Shown: in pieces, positions 47,197-55,910 of the stretch | How positions within the stretch are numbered: position 1 is the first letter of the stretch | Layout: every line of letters starts with the position of its first letter | Source: a virus | Strand: one strand, 5' to 3' | Length of the DNA stretch: 64,000 nt | Virus record (IMG/VR): IMGVR_UViG_3300045988_125296 | Made by a program: the position numbers and the translations under genes | Notes under the pieces: generated by a model | Seen by the model: the letters and a program-made list of their open reading frames with translations, nothing else | What the model was told of the DNA's origin: nothing | Database searches by the model: none

Positions 47197-47919
47197 ATGC
47201 CAACAAAGAAGAATCTTATCATGGGAGACTGCTTTGAGGTAATCTCTACTTTTACTTCTGGAAGCATAGACTTAATAGTTACAGACCCTCCTTATGAGGT
47301 TTGTTGTGTTGGTGGAGGTTCCGTTAATTCGGTAAAGAACCTCAGTAAAAGTTTAGATTCCTTAGTTAAAGCGGATATTGCTTCTGGATATGAGATTAGA
47401 AAATTCGGTATGGAGGTTGTTCGTCTTATGTCGAAAGAGATAAACGTTTACTTTTGGTGTAATAAAGTTCAGATACCTGCCTATATTGATTTTTACGTTA
47501 GAGAACAGAAATGTAAGTTCGATATTCTCTGCTGGCATAAGACAAATGCTTTACCTACTTACTCGAATAAATATTTGGCAGATACTGAATACCTTTTGTA
47601 TTTCCGTAAAGGTAAAGGCAAATGTTTTCCCAAATCTTATGAGGATGCCAAGACTTTTTATCTTTCTCCTAAGAACGTTACGGATAAAAAATTATATCAA
47701 CACCCCACTATTAAGCCTCTTGATATTACAGAAAAGATTATTCGTAATAGTTCTGAGGAAGGACAAATGGTTCTTGACCCGTTTATGGGCAGTGGTACTA
47801 CTGGTGTAGCATGTTCTCGATTGAACAGAAACTTTATTGGAATTGAATGTGAAGAAAAATGGTTTAACATTGCAAAAAATAGAATCTTAAATGGCAAAGA
47901 AAGAATTATCAAGCCTTAA
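47197..47919 (+). CDS. DNA methyltransferase, beta class (N6-adenine or N4-cytosine)
   Basis: Motif IV DLIVTDPPY precedes motif I VLDPFMGSGTTGVA. Also HPTIKPLD. No adjacent restriction enzyme recognised. Confidence 0.85.
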   Translation: MPTKKNLIMGDCFEVISTFTSGSIDLIVTDPPYEVCCVGGGSVNSVKNLSKSLDSLVKADIASGYEIRKFGMEVVRLMSKEINVYFWCNKVQIPAYIDFYVREQKCKFDILCWHKTNALPTYSNKYLADTEYLLYFRKGKGKCFPKSYEDAKTFYLSPKNVTDKKLYQHPTIKPLDITEKIIRNSSEEGQMVLDPFMGSGTTGVACSRLNRNFIGIECEEKWFNIAKNRILNGKERIIKP

Positions 47920-49033
47920 TTCTGTGCTTCATAAATTTAACTCTACAATGGGAGACGGAGTTATTCATACGGCTTCTACTTTACCGAATTGTCGGAAAAT
48001 CAAGAGTTCCATACCTGTTTATAACTACGTTACCGATGGAGGGTTTCCTGTTGGTAGGGTTATTGAGCATTATGGAGAAAATGGTTCCTTAAAGAGTTAT
48101 ACTGCATACGATGCAATAGCACAGTTCCAGCATTACGATTGGGCAAACCATGAACAAGGAGCATTTAAGAGCTTTTCCTACTCAGGTACTGGTGATTTAC
48201 GTGAATTGGAGGGTTATGAGTTACGTAAAGGGTATAAACCTAAAAAAGAACCTATTGCCAGACGTGTCGCTCTTGTTGACGTTGAGGCCACTTATACTCC
48301 TGATTGGGGGGCAAAATTTGGAATTGACAATGAGGGTTTAATTCTTATAAGACCCACTTTTCTTACTCAATGCGTAGATATTGTACAAGCCTTATTAGCT
48401 GATGAGGCGATAAGTCTTATTGTGTTTGACAGTCTTTCGGCAGTCGGTACAGATGACGAGATTGACAAGTCAATGGAGGACCAACAAATGGCATCCGGCG
48501 CACGTTTTTGGAATAAGGCTTGTCGTAAATTTCAAGCGGCTATGAATGGAAATCCACATAAAGAGGCAACCCTTTTGGTTATCAATTCTGCGTATCAAAA
48601 AACCGGAATCGCTTATGGAGACCCAGAAGTGATTCGTAATGGAGAACAGTTGAAACGTACCAAATCTTTATCGGTTAGATTTAAGGCTTTGAAGAAAATA
48701 AATGGTAAAACTGATGAAGGAGATATTGTTGTCGGTAGGAATATAGCGATTGAATGCGTAAAGAATAAATGCGGTGTAAATGGTCGTTCGGCCAATTTCT
48801 TTTATGCGTTTGTTGACTATGGAAATGTTAGTGCTTATCATACAGATTCCTCTGGACAAATCGTTGATTTAGGAATGCGATTTGGTCTTGTAGACCGTAA
48901 AGGTGCTTGGTACTCTTACGAAGATATAAGAGTAAGTGGAATGGATAATTTTGTTGACGAACTTGTTAAGAGTGGTAAGATTCGTGATTTGGAGAATGAC
49001 GTTTATGATGAATTTGAAAACGTAACAGAGTGA
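47891..49033 (+). CDS. RecA-like recombinase with a deviant Walker A
   Basis: GGFPVGRVIEHYGENGSLKS (compare RecA [20 protein letters not shown]). Walker B LIVFDSLSAV. Confidence 0.6.
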   Translation: MAKKELSSLNSVLHKFNSTMGDGVIHTASTLPNCRKIKSSIPVYNYVTDGGFPVGRVIEHYGENGSLKSYTAYDAIAQFQHYDWANHEQGAFKSFSYSGTGDLRELEGYELRKGYKPKKEPIARRVALVDVEATYTPDWGAKFGIDNEGLILIRPTFLTQCVDIVQALLADEAISLIVFDSLSAVGTDDEIDKSMEDQQMASGARFWNKACRKFQAAMNGNPHKEATLLVINSAYQKTGIAYGDPEVIRNGEQLKRTKSLSVRFKALKKINGKTDEGDIVVGRNIAIECVKNKCGVNGRSANFFYAFVDYGNVSAYHTDSSGQIVDLGMRFGLVDRKGAWYSYEDIRVSGMDNFVDELVKSGKIRDLENDVYDEFENVTE

Positions 49034-49332
49034 TGGGTAGAAAAATTGAAGTAGATGAAGACGATTTGAAGAAGATTATACTTTTACTTAAATTGAGCAA
49101 GCAATATGTCCAATCTCCCCATGAGAATTTGACCTTGTGTAATTTGTGGAGAGTATCGGGTAAACTTGCCGATAAGTTAATGAAAAAGGCCAAATTGGTT
49201 ATGGTGACTAATAAGGGGCGCACTACACTTAAATCAATTGGAGGAGTAAAATCAGAGGAAGTATCTGAGACATCGCTTGATAAACATGCAGATAAAGTCC
49301 CCAGATGTAGATGTCGTAAACGAAAAAGTTAA
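49030..49332 (+). CDS. hypothetical protein
   Basis: 100-aa ORF. ATGA overlap with the upstream gene. Confidence 0.4.
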   Translation: MMGRKIEVDEDDLKKIILLLKLSKQYVQSPHENLTLCNLWRVSGKLADKLMKKAKLVMVTNKGRTTLKSIGGVKSEEVSETSLDKHADKVPRCRCRKRKS

Positions 49333-49336
49333 TACT

Positions 49337-49693
49337 ATGGCTCGTAGAAAATTCGGATATATGGAAGCTATGTTCGGTGAGAAAACAACTCGTGAACGTT
49401 CAGGAAAACAGGAAAGCCGAATTGCAAAGCAACTTAACGGACATACTACTATCAATTCTGGCGCAACGTTTGGTCAGAATGATGTGGTTACTGATTTTTG
49501 CGAGGTTGAAGCTAAAACAACAAATAAAGAATCCTTCTCCTTTAAATTGTCTGATTGGAGACTTCTACGTAAAAAATGTGCGAGCAATAAAATTCCTATA
49601 TTTGTGGTGGACTTTGAACAAAGTAAAGACACCCTTGCGGTACTTACTTATGAAGATTTACTCTTTCTTATAGAGCAATCTAACCACAAATAA
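49337..49693 (+). CDS. PD-(D/E)XK nuclease, Hjc-like Holliday junction resolvase (paralogue 1)
   Basis: ERSGKQESRIAKQLNG...INSGATFGQNDVVTDFCEVEAKTT fits E...SG....D....E.K. ATG 49337 is preferred over 49277, which overlaps the upstream gene. Confidence 0.55.
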   Translation: MARRKFGYMEAMFGEKTTRERSGKQESRIAKQLNGHTTINSGATFGQNDVVTDFCEVEAKTTNKESFSFKLSDWRLLRKKCASNKIPIFVVDFEQSKDTLAVLTYEDLLFLIEQSNHK

Positions 49694-49750
49694 ACGTTTA
49701 AGAGGTTATAAGACAATTTGTTAGTTTTAGTTTAATTTTGTATATTTACT

Positions 49751-49948
49751 ATGCGTTTGAAAAACCATAAACCTAAACTAATTATCATAGGTTATGAAAT
49801 GCGGAAAAACCAGCATGAAGGTTTTAAGATAATTAAATTCTTTCGCTACGAGAATGAAAATTTTTCTCGGAAAAAGACTATCTATAAGCATTTGACTCTT
49901 TCTGACGCAGAATCTATTCTCTATAAATTAGAATCACAAATTTTATAA
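49751..49948 (+). CDS. hypothetical small protein
   Basis: 65-aa ORF in an otherwise non-coding 265-nt gap. TAATTTTG lies at 49733-49740 upstream. Confidence 0.3.
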   Translation: MRLKNHKPKLIIIGYEMRKNQHEGFKIIKFFRYENENFSRKKTIYKHLTLSDAESILYKLESQIL

Positions 49949-49958
49949 AACCCCTATT

Positions 49959-52169
49959 ATGGAAAAGTTTTTCTTTATGAGAACTGTTGCTGATAAAGGA
50001 CGCAACAGGTTACGCTTATTGAGCGGACAGTATCTTGACTCTCTCCCATTGGACCCAACATGGAATGTACAATCTGACAGAGCTTTAAGAGTTGTTTATC
50101 CGATTGGTACAACTTTTGGAACTTCCTCTCTAAAAAAAGCATCAGGTTTTTATGTCGCAGGAAATATTTATCCTCTTGGTTTAAGAAGTACGGATTATAG
50201 AGATTCTTCTCATATCGCTCCCGAAGAGATGACCCGTGCTTACGAGGTTTTTAGTCTTGGTCTTGATGAGGATTCCTCAAAAGATAAAGAACGTGAAGAC
50301 TTTGACGAACCTACCAGAAATTCTTACCTAAACAAATTAAAAAAGAATAAAGACTTTGACCCCCCAACTATTTCTGAGAACGGTTTTTATGTAGACTCTG
50401 ATAATTGGTATCTGCTGTTAAGAAACATTCAAAGTCAGGTTAACACGATGATGGTAGGTCCTACGGGTACTGGAAAGTGTTTGGGGAAAGATACCCCAGT
50501 TCTTATGTATGACGGGACTATTAAAATGGTTCAAGATGTTGTGGTAGGTGATAAACTTATGGGACCGGACTCTAAACCAAGAAATGTGCTGTCTGTTACT
50601 ACGGGGCGTGAAGAATTATTTAGGGTTACTCCGAAAAAAGGTGATAGTTGGGTATGTAATAAATCACATATTCTTTCCTTGAAAAGGACTAATGATGGAA
50701 CTTCTCTCGCAGGAACTGTGTGTAATGTCGGAGTTTCTGAATATCTTGGTTGGAGTAAGACGCATAAACATATTTATAAACAATGGCGTTCTGCGGTTGA
50801 TTTCCCGGAAAAGGAACTTTTACTTGACCCTTATTTCTTGGGTCTTTGGTTAGGAGACGGTCGTACAAATGCTCCTATTATTTGTACTGCGGACAGACAA
50901 ATTGTTCAGTATCTTCGGGATTACGCTTGGAGTTTAGGCTGCACTTTGTCGAAGTATTCTGAGCCTTCTAAGGCTAATAGTTATGCCATTGTTCAAAAGG
51001 ATATTTCGAGTACTCGTCAGAGAACTTCCATACAAAAGGCTATGGACATTTATGGTTTGCTTGGAAATAAACATATCCCATCTGACTTTCTTTACAATTC
51101 TCGTGAGAATAGGCTTCGACTATTCGCTGGTCTTATGGATACTGATGGGAGTTATCAGAATGGATTTTTTGAGTACTGCACTAAATTGGATTCTCTGAAA
51201 GATGCGGTTGTATATTTAGGTCGTTCACTTGGATATTTTGCTTGTGTAAGACAGAAGGAAGTTTCAGGGACTATTTATTGGAGAGTTAATTTTAGTGGTG
51301 ATTTCTCAGATGTCCCTACGAGGATAAAGAGAAAACGTCCTACTGAGAGAACTCAAAAGAAAGATGTTTTAATGACGGCTATTTCTGTTGAAAGTATTGG
51401 AAAGGGTGATTATTATGGTTTTACCATAGACGGAGACCATCTGTTTATGTTGGGTGATTTTACAGTTACACATAATACCGAACTTGTTCTTTTAGCTTGT
51501 AAGAAATTGGGTATTCCTTGTCACGTGTACGATATGGGGTCTATGTATGACCCTATTTCTGGACTTCTTGGAGTTCACCGTTTACAAAAGGGAGGAGTTT
51601 CTACTTTTGATTATGCAAAGTTTACAAAGGATATTTCAGAGCCGGGTGTCGTCTTATTAGACGAGTTAAGTCGTGCCCCTGTTACTACTAATAATATTTT
51701 ATTTCCTTGCTTAGACAGTCGTAGGTCTCTACCGATTGAGATTGCGGGTGGAAATGATTTACGTTCTATTAAAGTTCATGAAGATTGTTGTTTCGTTGCT
51801 ACGGCTAATGTTGGAGCCGAATATACAGGAACTATGAGTTTGGACCGTGCTTTGGTCGGACGTTTTTTCCCTTTGGAATTAGATTATATGCCGTTTGATT
51901 TTGAGACTGAGGTTCTTATGAAACGGTGTAAAATTTCGAAGAAGAATGCTGATTTAATCGTTAGAGTTGCTGATAATGTTAGGTCACTGTATCGGAAACA
52001 AGATATATCGTGTTCTTTATCTACTCGTGAAACTTTAATGGCTGCGGAATTGGTTTCTGACGGTTGGGAACTTCTTAAAGCTATGGAATTGGTGTTTCTA
52101 CCTTTGTTTGAAGGTACAATGGTAGAAGGTGAGAGAAGTGTTATTGCAAAAATAATAATGGCGATGTAA
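49959..52169 (+). CDS. MoxR/CobS-like AAA+ ATPase interrupted by an intein
   Basis: Walker A MVGPTGTGK|T split by the intein. Walker B GVVLLDELSRA. Then VATANVG...SLDRALVGRF. Confidence 0.8.
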   Translation: MEKFFFMRTVADKGRNRLRLLSGQYLDSLPLDPTWNVQSDRALRVVYPIGTTFGTSSLKKASGFYVAGNIYPLGLRSTDYRDSSHIAPEEMTRAYEVFSLGLDEDSSKDKEREDFDEPTRNSYLNKLKKNKDFDPPTISENGFYVDSDNWYLLLRNIQSQVNTMMVGPTGTGKCLGKDTPVLMYDGTIKMVQDVVVGDKLMGPDSKPRNVLSVTTGREELFRVTPKKGDSWVCNKSHILSLKRTNDGTSLAGTVCNVGVSEYLGWSKTHKHIYKQWRSAVDFPEKELLLDPYFLGLWLGDGRTNAPIICTADRQIVQYLRDYAWSLGCTLSKYSEPSKANSYAIVQKDISSTRQRTSIQKAMDIYGLLGNKHIPSDFLYNSRENRLRLFAGLMDTDGSYQNGFFEYCTKLDSLKDAVVYLGRSLGYFACVRQKEVSGTIYWRVNFSGDFSDVPTRIKRKRPTERTQKKDVLMTAISVESIGKGDYYGFTIDGDHLFMLGDFTVTHNTELVLLACKKLGIPCHVYDMGSMYDPISGLLGVHRLQKGGVSTFDYAKFTKDISEPGVVLLDELSRAPVTTNNILFPCLDSRRSLPIEIAGGNDLRSIKVHEDCCFVATANVGAEYTGTMSLDRALVGRFFPLELDYMPFDFETEVLMKRCKISKKNADLIVRVADNVRSLYRKQDISCSLSTRETLMAAELVSDGWELLKAMELVFLPLFEGTMVEGERSVIAKIIMAM
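50478..51476 (+). mobile_element. intein (333 aa) with LAGLIDADG homing endonuclease domain, in the AAA+ P-loop
   Basis: Starts CLGKDTPVLMYDG and ends DFTVTHN, followed by +1 Thr. LAGLIDADG motifs: FLGLWLGDGRT and LFAGLMDTDGSY. Alignable end to end with the helicase intein. Confidence 0.85.
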
Positions 52170-52171
52170 TT

Positions 52172-54046
52172 ATGTCTAAGGTTGATTTATCGATAGAACT
52201 TACTGATTCAGTAATAGACTCATTGTTGGACGATTGGTTCGACAGAGATGGTGAAACATTTTTACGAATCCGTAAAAAAGGACGTATTGGGTGGGAAAAA
52301 ACACTTGAACGTGGTGACAGCTATTCTGCATATATTCTTGAAGCCCCTACTTTAACCGACTTAATAAAGCGTGCCTATTCGTTGGCATATGGTACACTTT
52401 TAGCTATGAATTTACCTTTTAGAGTAGCTCTTAAAATTTCTTCGGGGAGTACCTCTTTCTCTAATGGAAAAATTGTGTGTGTCAGTACAGCCATGTTTGA
52501 TGATAAGAAACTTTCTACTGGGGATAAGTTAGACACCTTTTTAGGTGTTACTATACATGAAGGTTGTCATGTTTTATATACGGACTTCAAGATTTTACAA
52601 GATATAAAACTTGAAGTTATATGCACTCTTTTTAATATTATAGAAGACGAGCGTATCGAGGAAATATGTGCATATAATATGCCAGGTTTTGCTAATTTCT
52701 TGGAGAAAAGCAAGTACTATTACTTTGACTTATTCTATTTGGACTATGTGGTTCCCAAAAAAGAAGAGGATAGGTTAACTCCGTTTGATAGAATAATGGA
52801 TTGTATTCTACATATCATTAGATACCCGAAATATCTTAATGAGCCGGAGATTGTTGAATTTGGACATTATCTCTTAGCCATTAAGAAGGTTCTTGTTCCT
52901 TATCCAGTCACGACAAAAGACGCTTTACGAGCAGCCGAAGAAATCTTTCAAATCATAGAAGAATTTTATACTGAGGAAGAAAAGAAAGAGGCAAAAAGTG
53001 AATCTTCCTCAGAAGATTCTGACGAAGACTCAACCTCTCTTAGTGAGAAAGCTATGGAAAAACTTCTTAAAGATGCTGGTGAGATGCTCTCAGCTCTTGA
53101 AAAAGCGTCCATTGGTACTACGTCTGCTTCTACTCCAAGCTCTGAGGGTGTAATTGGCCTAAGTTCAAAAGATATGGCTCATGATGTGGTAAAGGACTCT
53201 GAATTATTAGGTCATTTGTGTGAAGGAGTCGTTGAAGTAGGAGACACGGACGACTCCTATTTTACTAAGGTCGAAGACTGTAAGGAAATTTATGACGCTT
53301 CTTTATGTCGTGTAAAAAGATATATTCCAGCCATCGCTAAAATTATGCGTGGGCATTGTAAAGAATATAAACTTATACATCGTTCAATGCGAAGCGGTAT
53401 TTTGGACACTGATAAATTGGCTGAGGCTTTTCAAGGAGTCTCTACGGTTTATAGGCGTGAAGGAGAAGTTAAAACGGATAAAATTAGTGTGTGTCTCCTT
53501 ATTGATGAGAGTGGTTCTATGCACGGTGAAAGAATAGTATCTGCACGTGACGCAGCTGTACTTATTCATGAAGCTCTTCGTAATATTCCGAATGTAGAGT
53601 TATTCATATATGGACATTCAGGAGATATGATTCATAGTGGAGCCACTGAAATGTTTATTTATCGTGAAAAAGGTTATACTCCAAAATTTTCTTTGGGTAA
53701 TGTAAAAGCACGTGTTGAAAATAGAGATGGTATCGCTATTCTTGAAACTGCAAAGAGAGTGAAGAAACAAACTAAGAACCCTGTTCTTATGTTTATACTT
53801 TCAGATGGTGCACCATCTGCTTACTCTTATCGAGGGGAAGAAGCCATGAAACATGTAAAGGTATGCGTTGAAAAAGTGGAAAAAATGGGGTTCTATGTGA
53901 TACAGGTGTGTATCAATCATAGTTATGACCCCAGTAAGATGTTTAAGAATTATGTAGTGATGGAAAATATGAATACATTCGCAATTGAATTAGGTAAGGC
54001 TATAAAGAAAGCCACAATGACTGCGACAAAAGTTAGCATAATCTGA
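52172..54046 (+). CDS. VWA-domain protein with N-terminal HExxH motif (CobT/DUF2201-like partner of the AAA+ ATPase)
   Basis: MIDAS motif LLIDESGSM, HExxH in TIHEGCHVLY, acidic/Ser-rich linker. Starts 3 nt after the AAA+ gene. Confidence 0.7.
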   Translation: MSKVDLSIELTDSVIDSLLDDWFDRDGETFLRIRKKGRIGWEKTLERGDSYSAYILEAPTLTDLIKRAYSLAYGTLLAMNLPFRVALKISSGSTSFSNGKIVCVSTAMFDDKKLSTGDKLDTFLGVTIHEGCHVLYTDFKILQDIKLEVICTLFNIIEDERIEEICAYNMPGFANFLEKSKYYYFDLFYLDYVVPKKEEDRLTPFDRIMDCILHIIRYPKYLNEPEIVEFGHYLLAIKKVLVPYPVTTKDALRAAEEIFQIIEEFYTEEEKKEAKSESSSEDSDEDSTSLSEKAMEKLLKDAGEMLSALEKASIGTTSASTPSSEGVIGLSSKDMAHDVVKDSELLGHLCEGVVEVGDTDDSYFTKVEDCKEIYDASLCRVKRYIPAIAKIMRGHCKEYKLIHRSMRSGILDTDKLAEAFQGVSTVYRREGEVKTDKISVCLLIDESGSMHGERIVSARDAAVLIHEALRNIPNVELFIYGHSGDMIHSGATEMFIYREKGYTPKFSLGNVKARVENRDGIAILETAKRVKKQTKNPVLMFILSDGAPSAYSYRGEEAMKHVKVCVEKVEKMGFYVIQVCINHSYDPSKMFKNYVVMENMNTFAIELGKAIKKATMTATKVSII

Positions 54047-54170
54047 TTCATATTAAGAACAGAACCTATAATGTTATAGGAATAACATATGGCGATTTGG
54101 TAGATTAAGAATAATATTCTATATTTGAATGCTTGCTGATGAGTTACCACAGACGTGGTTTTAGGGGTGT

Positions 54171-54206
54171 GGGAGATTTAATGGGGTTTTCTCCCCCTCC
54201 TTTTTT
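54171..54206 (+). terminator. hairpin plus T-tract immediately upstream of the tRNA
   Basis: GGGAGA...TCTCCC stem followed by CCTCCTTTTTT. Confidence 0.35.
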
Positions 54207-54277
54207 GGTCGTATGGCCGAGTGGTTAGGCAATGGTCTGCAACACCATTTACAGCGGTTCGAGTCCGCTTGCGACCT
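54207..54277 (+). tRNA. tRNA-Cys (anticodon GCA)
   Basis: Hand-folded cloverleaf. Acceptor GGTCGTA/TGCGACC, D arm GCC-GAGTGGTTA-GGC, anticodon stem ATGGT/ACCAT with loop CTGCAAC, 4-nt variable region, T arm AGCGG-TTCGAGT-CCGCT. CCA is not encoded. Confidence 0.8.
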
Positions 54278-54314
54278 CTAATTTGATAATAGTAGAACTC
54301 TTAATATAAAAGAA

Positions 54315-54593
54315 ATGGAAGCAAATCAAACAAAAACTTGCCTCAAATGTGGGCGTACATTATCGGTAGATAATTTTTATACATCGAAAAATACAAAAGA
54401 TGGTTTTCGCACTTATTGTAAGGAGTGCTATAATAAACAGACACAGCTTAATCGCATAAAAAAAATTACTACTACTCCTAACCCTGCTTTGGCGGAGTTT
54501 ACTCCCCAAGAACTTATATCCGAACTTCGTGCAAGAGGATATACGGGTTCGCTTAGTTATACAGAAATCAAGGTACATAAAATATTGTTATGA
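54315..54593 (+). CDS. zinc-ribbon protein
   Basis: CLKCGRTLSVDNFYTSKNTKDGFRTYCKECYNK (CxxC...CxxC). 92 aa. Confidence 0.45.
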   Translation: MEANQTKTCLKCGRTLSVDNFYTSKNTKDGFRTYCKECYNKQTQLNRIKKITTTPNPALAEFTPQELISELRARGYTGSLSYTEIKVHKILL

Positions 54594-55456
54594 CAGAACG
54601 AAAGTCAAATTTGGGAAAGATACTTAAAGGAATTTCTACGAAAAAAGATTCTGAAAAACCATCGGTTGTCGAGGTTATCAATAGAGCATGCGAAAAAGGT
54701 GTTACTTCGACAGGTGCTTTTTCTCTTTTAGGAATAAAGAGACAATTAAAACTTCTTCTCCGTTTATTAGATTCTGATGATTTTAATAGGGATAAATTTT
54801 TTTCAGAATTTAATAAATTGTACTCTTTCGTAATGGCTCCTGATAAAAGAGCAAAAGGAGTTTTTCACCCGTCTCAACTATTAGACGGTTGTTCAAGACA
54901 AATGGCTTATGATTTATCGGGGGTTGCTCCTACTAATTTAGTTTCAAGACCAATCGGTGCTGCACTTCAACGGACTTTCGATGTAGGTACTTGGTATCAT
55001 GTTTATATACAAATGATATTGTATCGTACAGACTTATTGGAACAAGCCGAAGTTCCAGTTGTGAATAAAGACAAATACCTTAATGGTAAGGCTGACGGTG
55101 TTTTTAAGGAAGAAGTTTTTGGGGAGAAAGTAGTTCTTGAAATAAAGACTATGAATAATTGGAATTTCTCAAAGGCTGTGTTCAAACCTTTCAAGAAACA
55201 CGAGTTTCAAGCATCTCTTTATGCACGTGAATTAGGGGCAAAAAAGGTTCTTTATCTTTATATCAATAAAGATACTTCTGAGATACGGGAATTTCTAATG
55301 CCTATCAATGAGGAGCAGCTTTCTCTTGCCGATAAAAAAATGGGAATTATTATTGAGCATGTCAAGGAGGGAACTTTACCAGCAAAAATTTGCTCGGACA
55401 AGTTTTGTGATAATGCTTTGGCGTGTCCTTTCGCTTCACTTTGTTTTAAAGAATAG
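54590..55456 (+). CDS. Cas4/RecB-family PD-(D/E)XK exonuclease with Fe-S cysteine cluster
   Basis: N-terminal Cys (LLDGCSRQ), GKADGVF, VLEIKT, QASLYA and C-terminal C-x4-C-x5-C (CSDKFCDNALAC). Confidence 0.7.
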   Translation: MTERKSNLGKILKGISTKKDSEKPSVVEVINRACEKGVTSTGAFSLLGIKRQLKLLLRLLDSDDFNRDKFFSEFNKLYSFVMAPDKRAKGVFHPSQLLDGCSRQMAYDLSGVAPTNLVSRPIGAALQRTFDVGTWYHVYIQMILYRTDLLEQAEVPVVNKDKYLNGKADGVFKEEVFGEKVVLEIKTMNNWNFSKAVFKPFKKHEFQASLYARELGAKKVLYLYINKDTSEIREFLMPINEEQLSLADKKMGIIIEHVKEGTLPAKICSDKFCDNALACPFASLCFKE

Positions 55457-55459
55457 TAT

Positions 55460-55906
55460 ATGCCGACCAAGAAAGAAATAGTAAGAAACCCTCTTGAAAG
55501 ATTCAGGGCTATTTTTACAGAATTATCTGCTCCGAAAGGAGGTTTACCAACCATGCCTACTAAGGTTGCTGATTTAGCTTCTGACGAATTAGGCAATATG
55601 ATTGCGAGATATACTGCATGGAGGGAGTTCACCGAAGACCGACACATGGAAGCCTGTGCTGTTTATTCGCAATGTAGGTCTGAATATGACTTAGCCGTGG
55701 ATAAAGAAATGCTTTCTTCCAAAGAGTCCACTGTTACTGAAAGAAAGGCGAGTGCCAAATCTTCTCCGAAAGTAGAAAAGCTCTATAAAGATTTAACCGA
55801 AGCTGAAATGTATCGAGATTTACTTGCAAATAAATTGGAGTCATTCAGTAATGTACTTGCAATGTTAAGTAGAGAACTTACCCGAAGGGGTGTAGCAAAT
55901 ATGTAG
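55460..55906 (+). CDS. hypothetical helical protein
   Basis: 148-aa ORF directly after the exonuclease gene. Confidence 0.4.
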   Translation: MPTKKEIVRNPLERFRAIFTELSAPKGGLPTMPTKVADLASDELGNMIARYTAWREFTEDRHMEACAVYSQCRSEYDLAVDKEMLSSKESTVTERKASAKSSPKVEKLYKDLTEAEMYRDLLANKLESFSNVLAMLSRELTRRGVANM

Positions 55907-55910
55907 TGCT

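Noticed and set aside
54065-54080. Inverted repeat CCTATAA-TG-TTATAGG after the VWA gene.
   Set aside because: The arms are 7 bp with a 2-nt spacer, too short to fold as RNA and not repeated elsewhere that I could find. It cannot be distinguished from chance.
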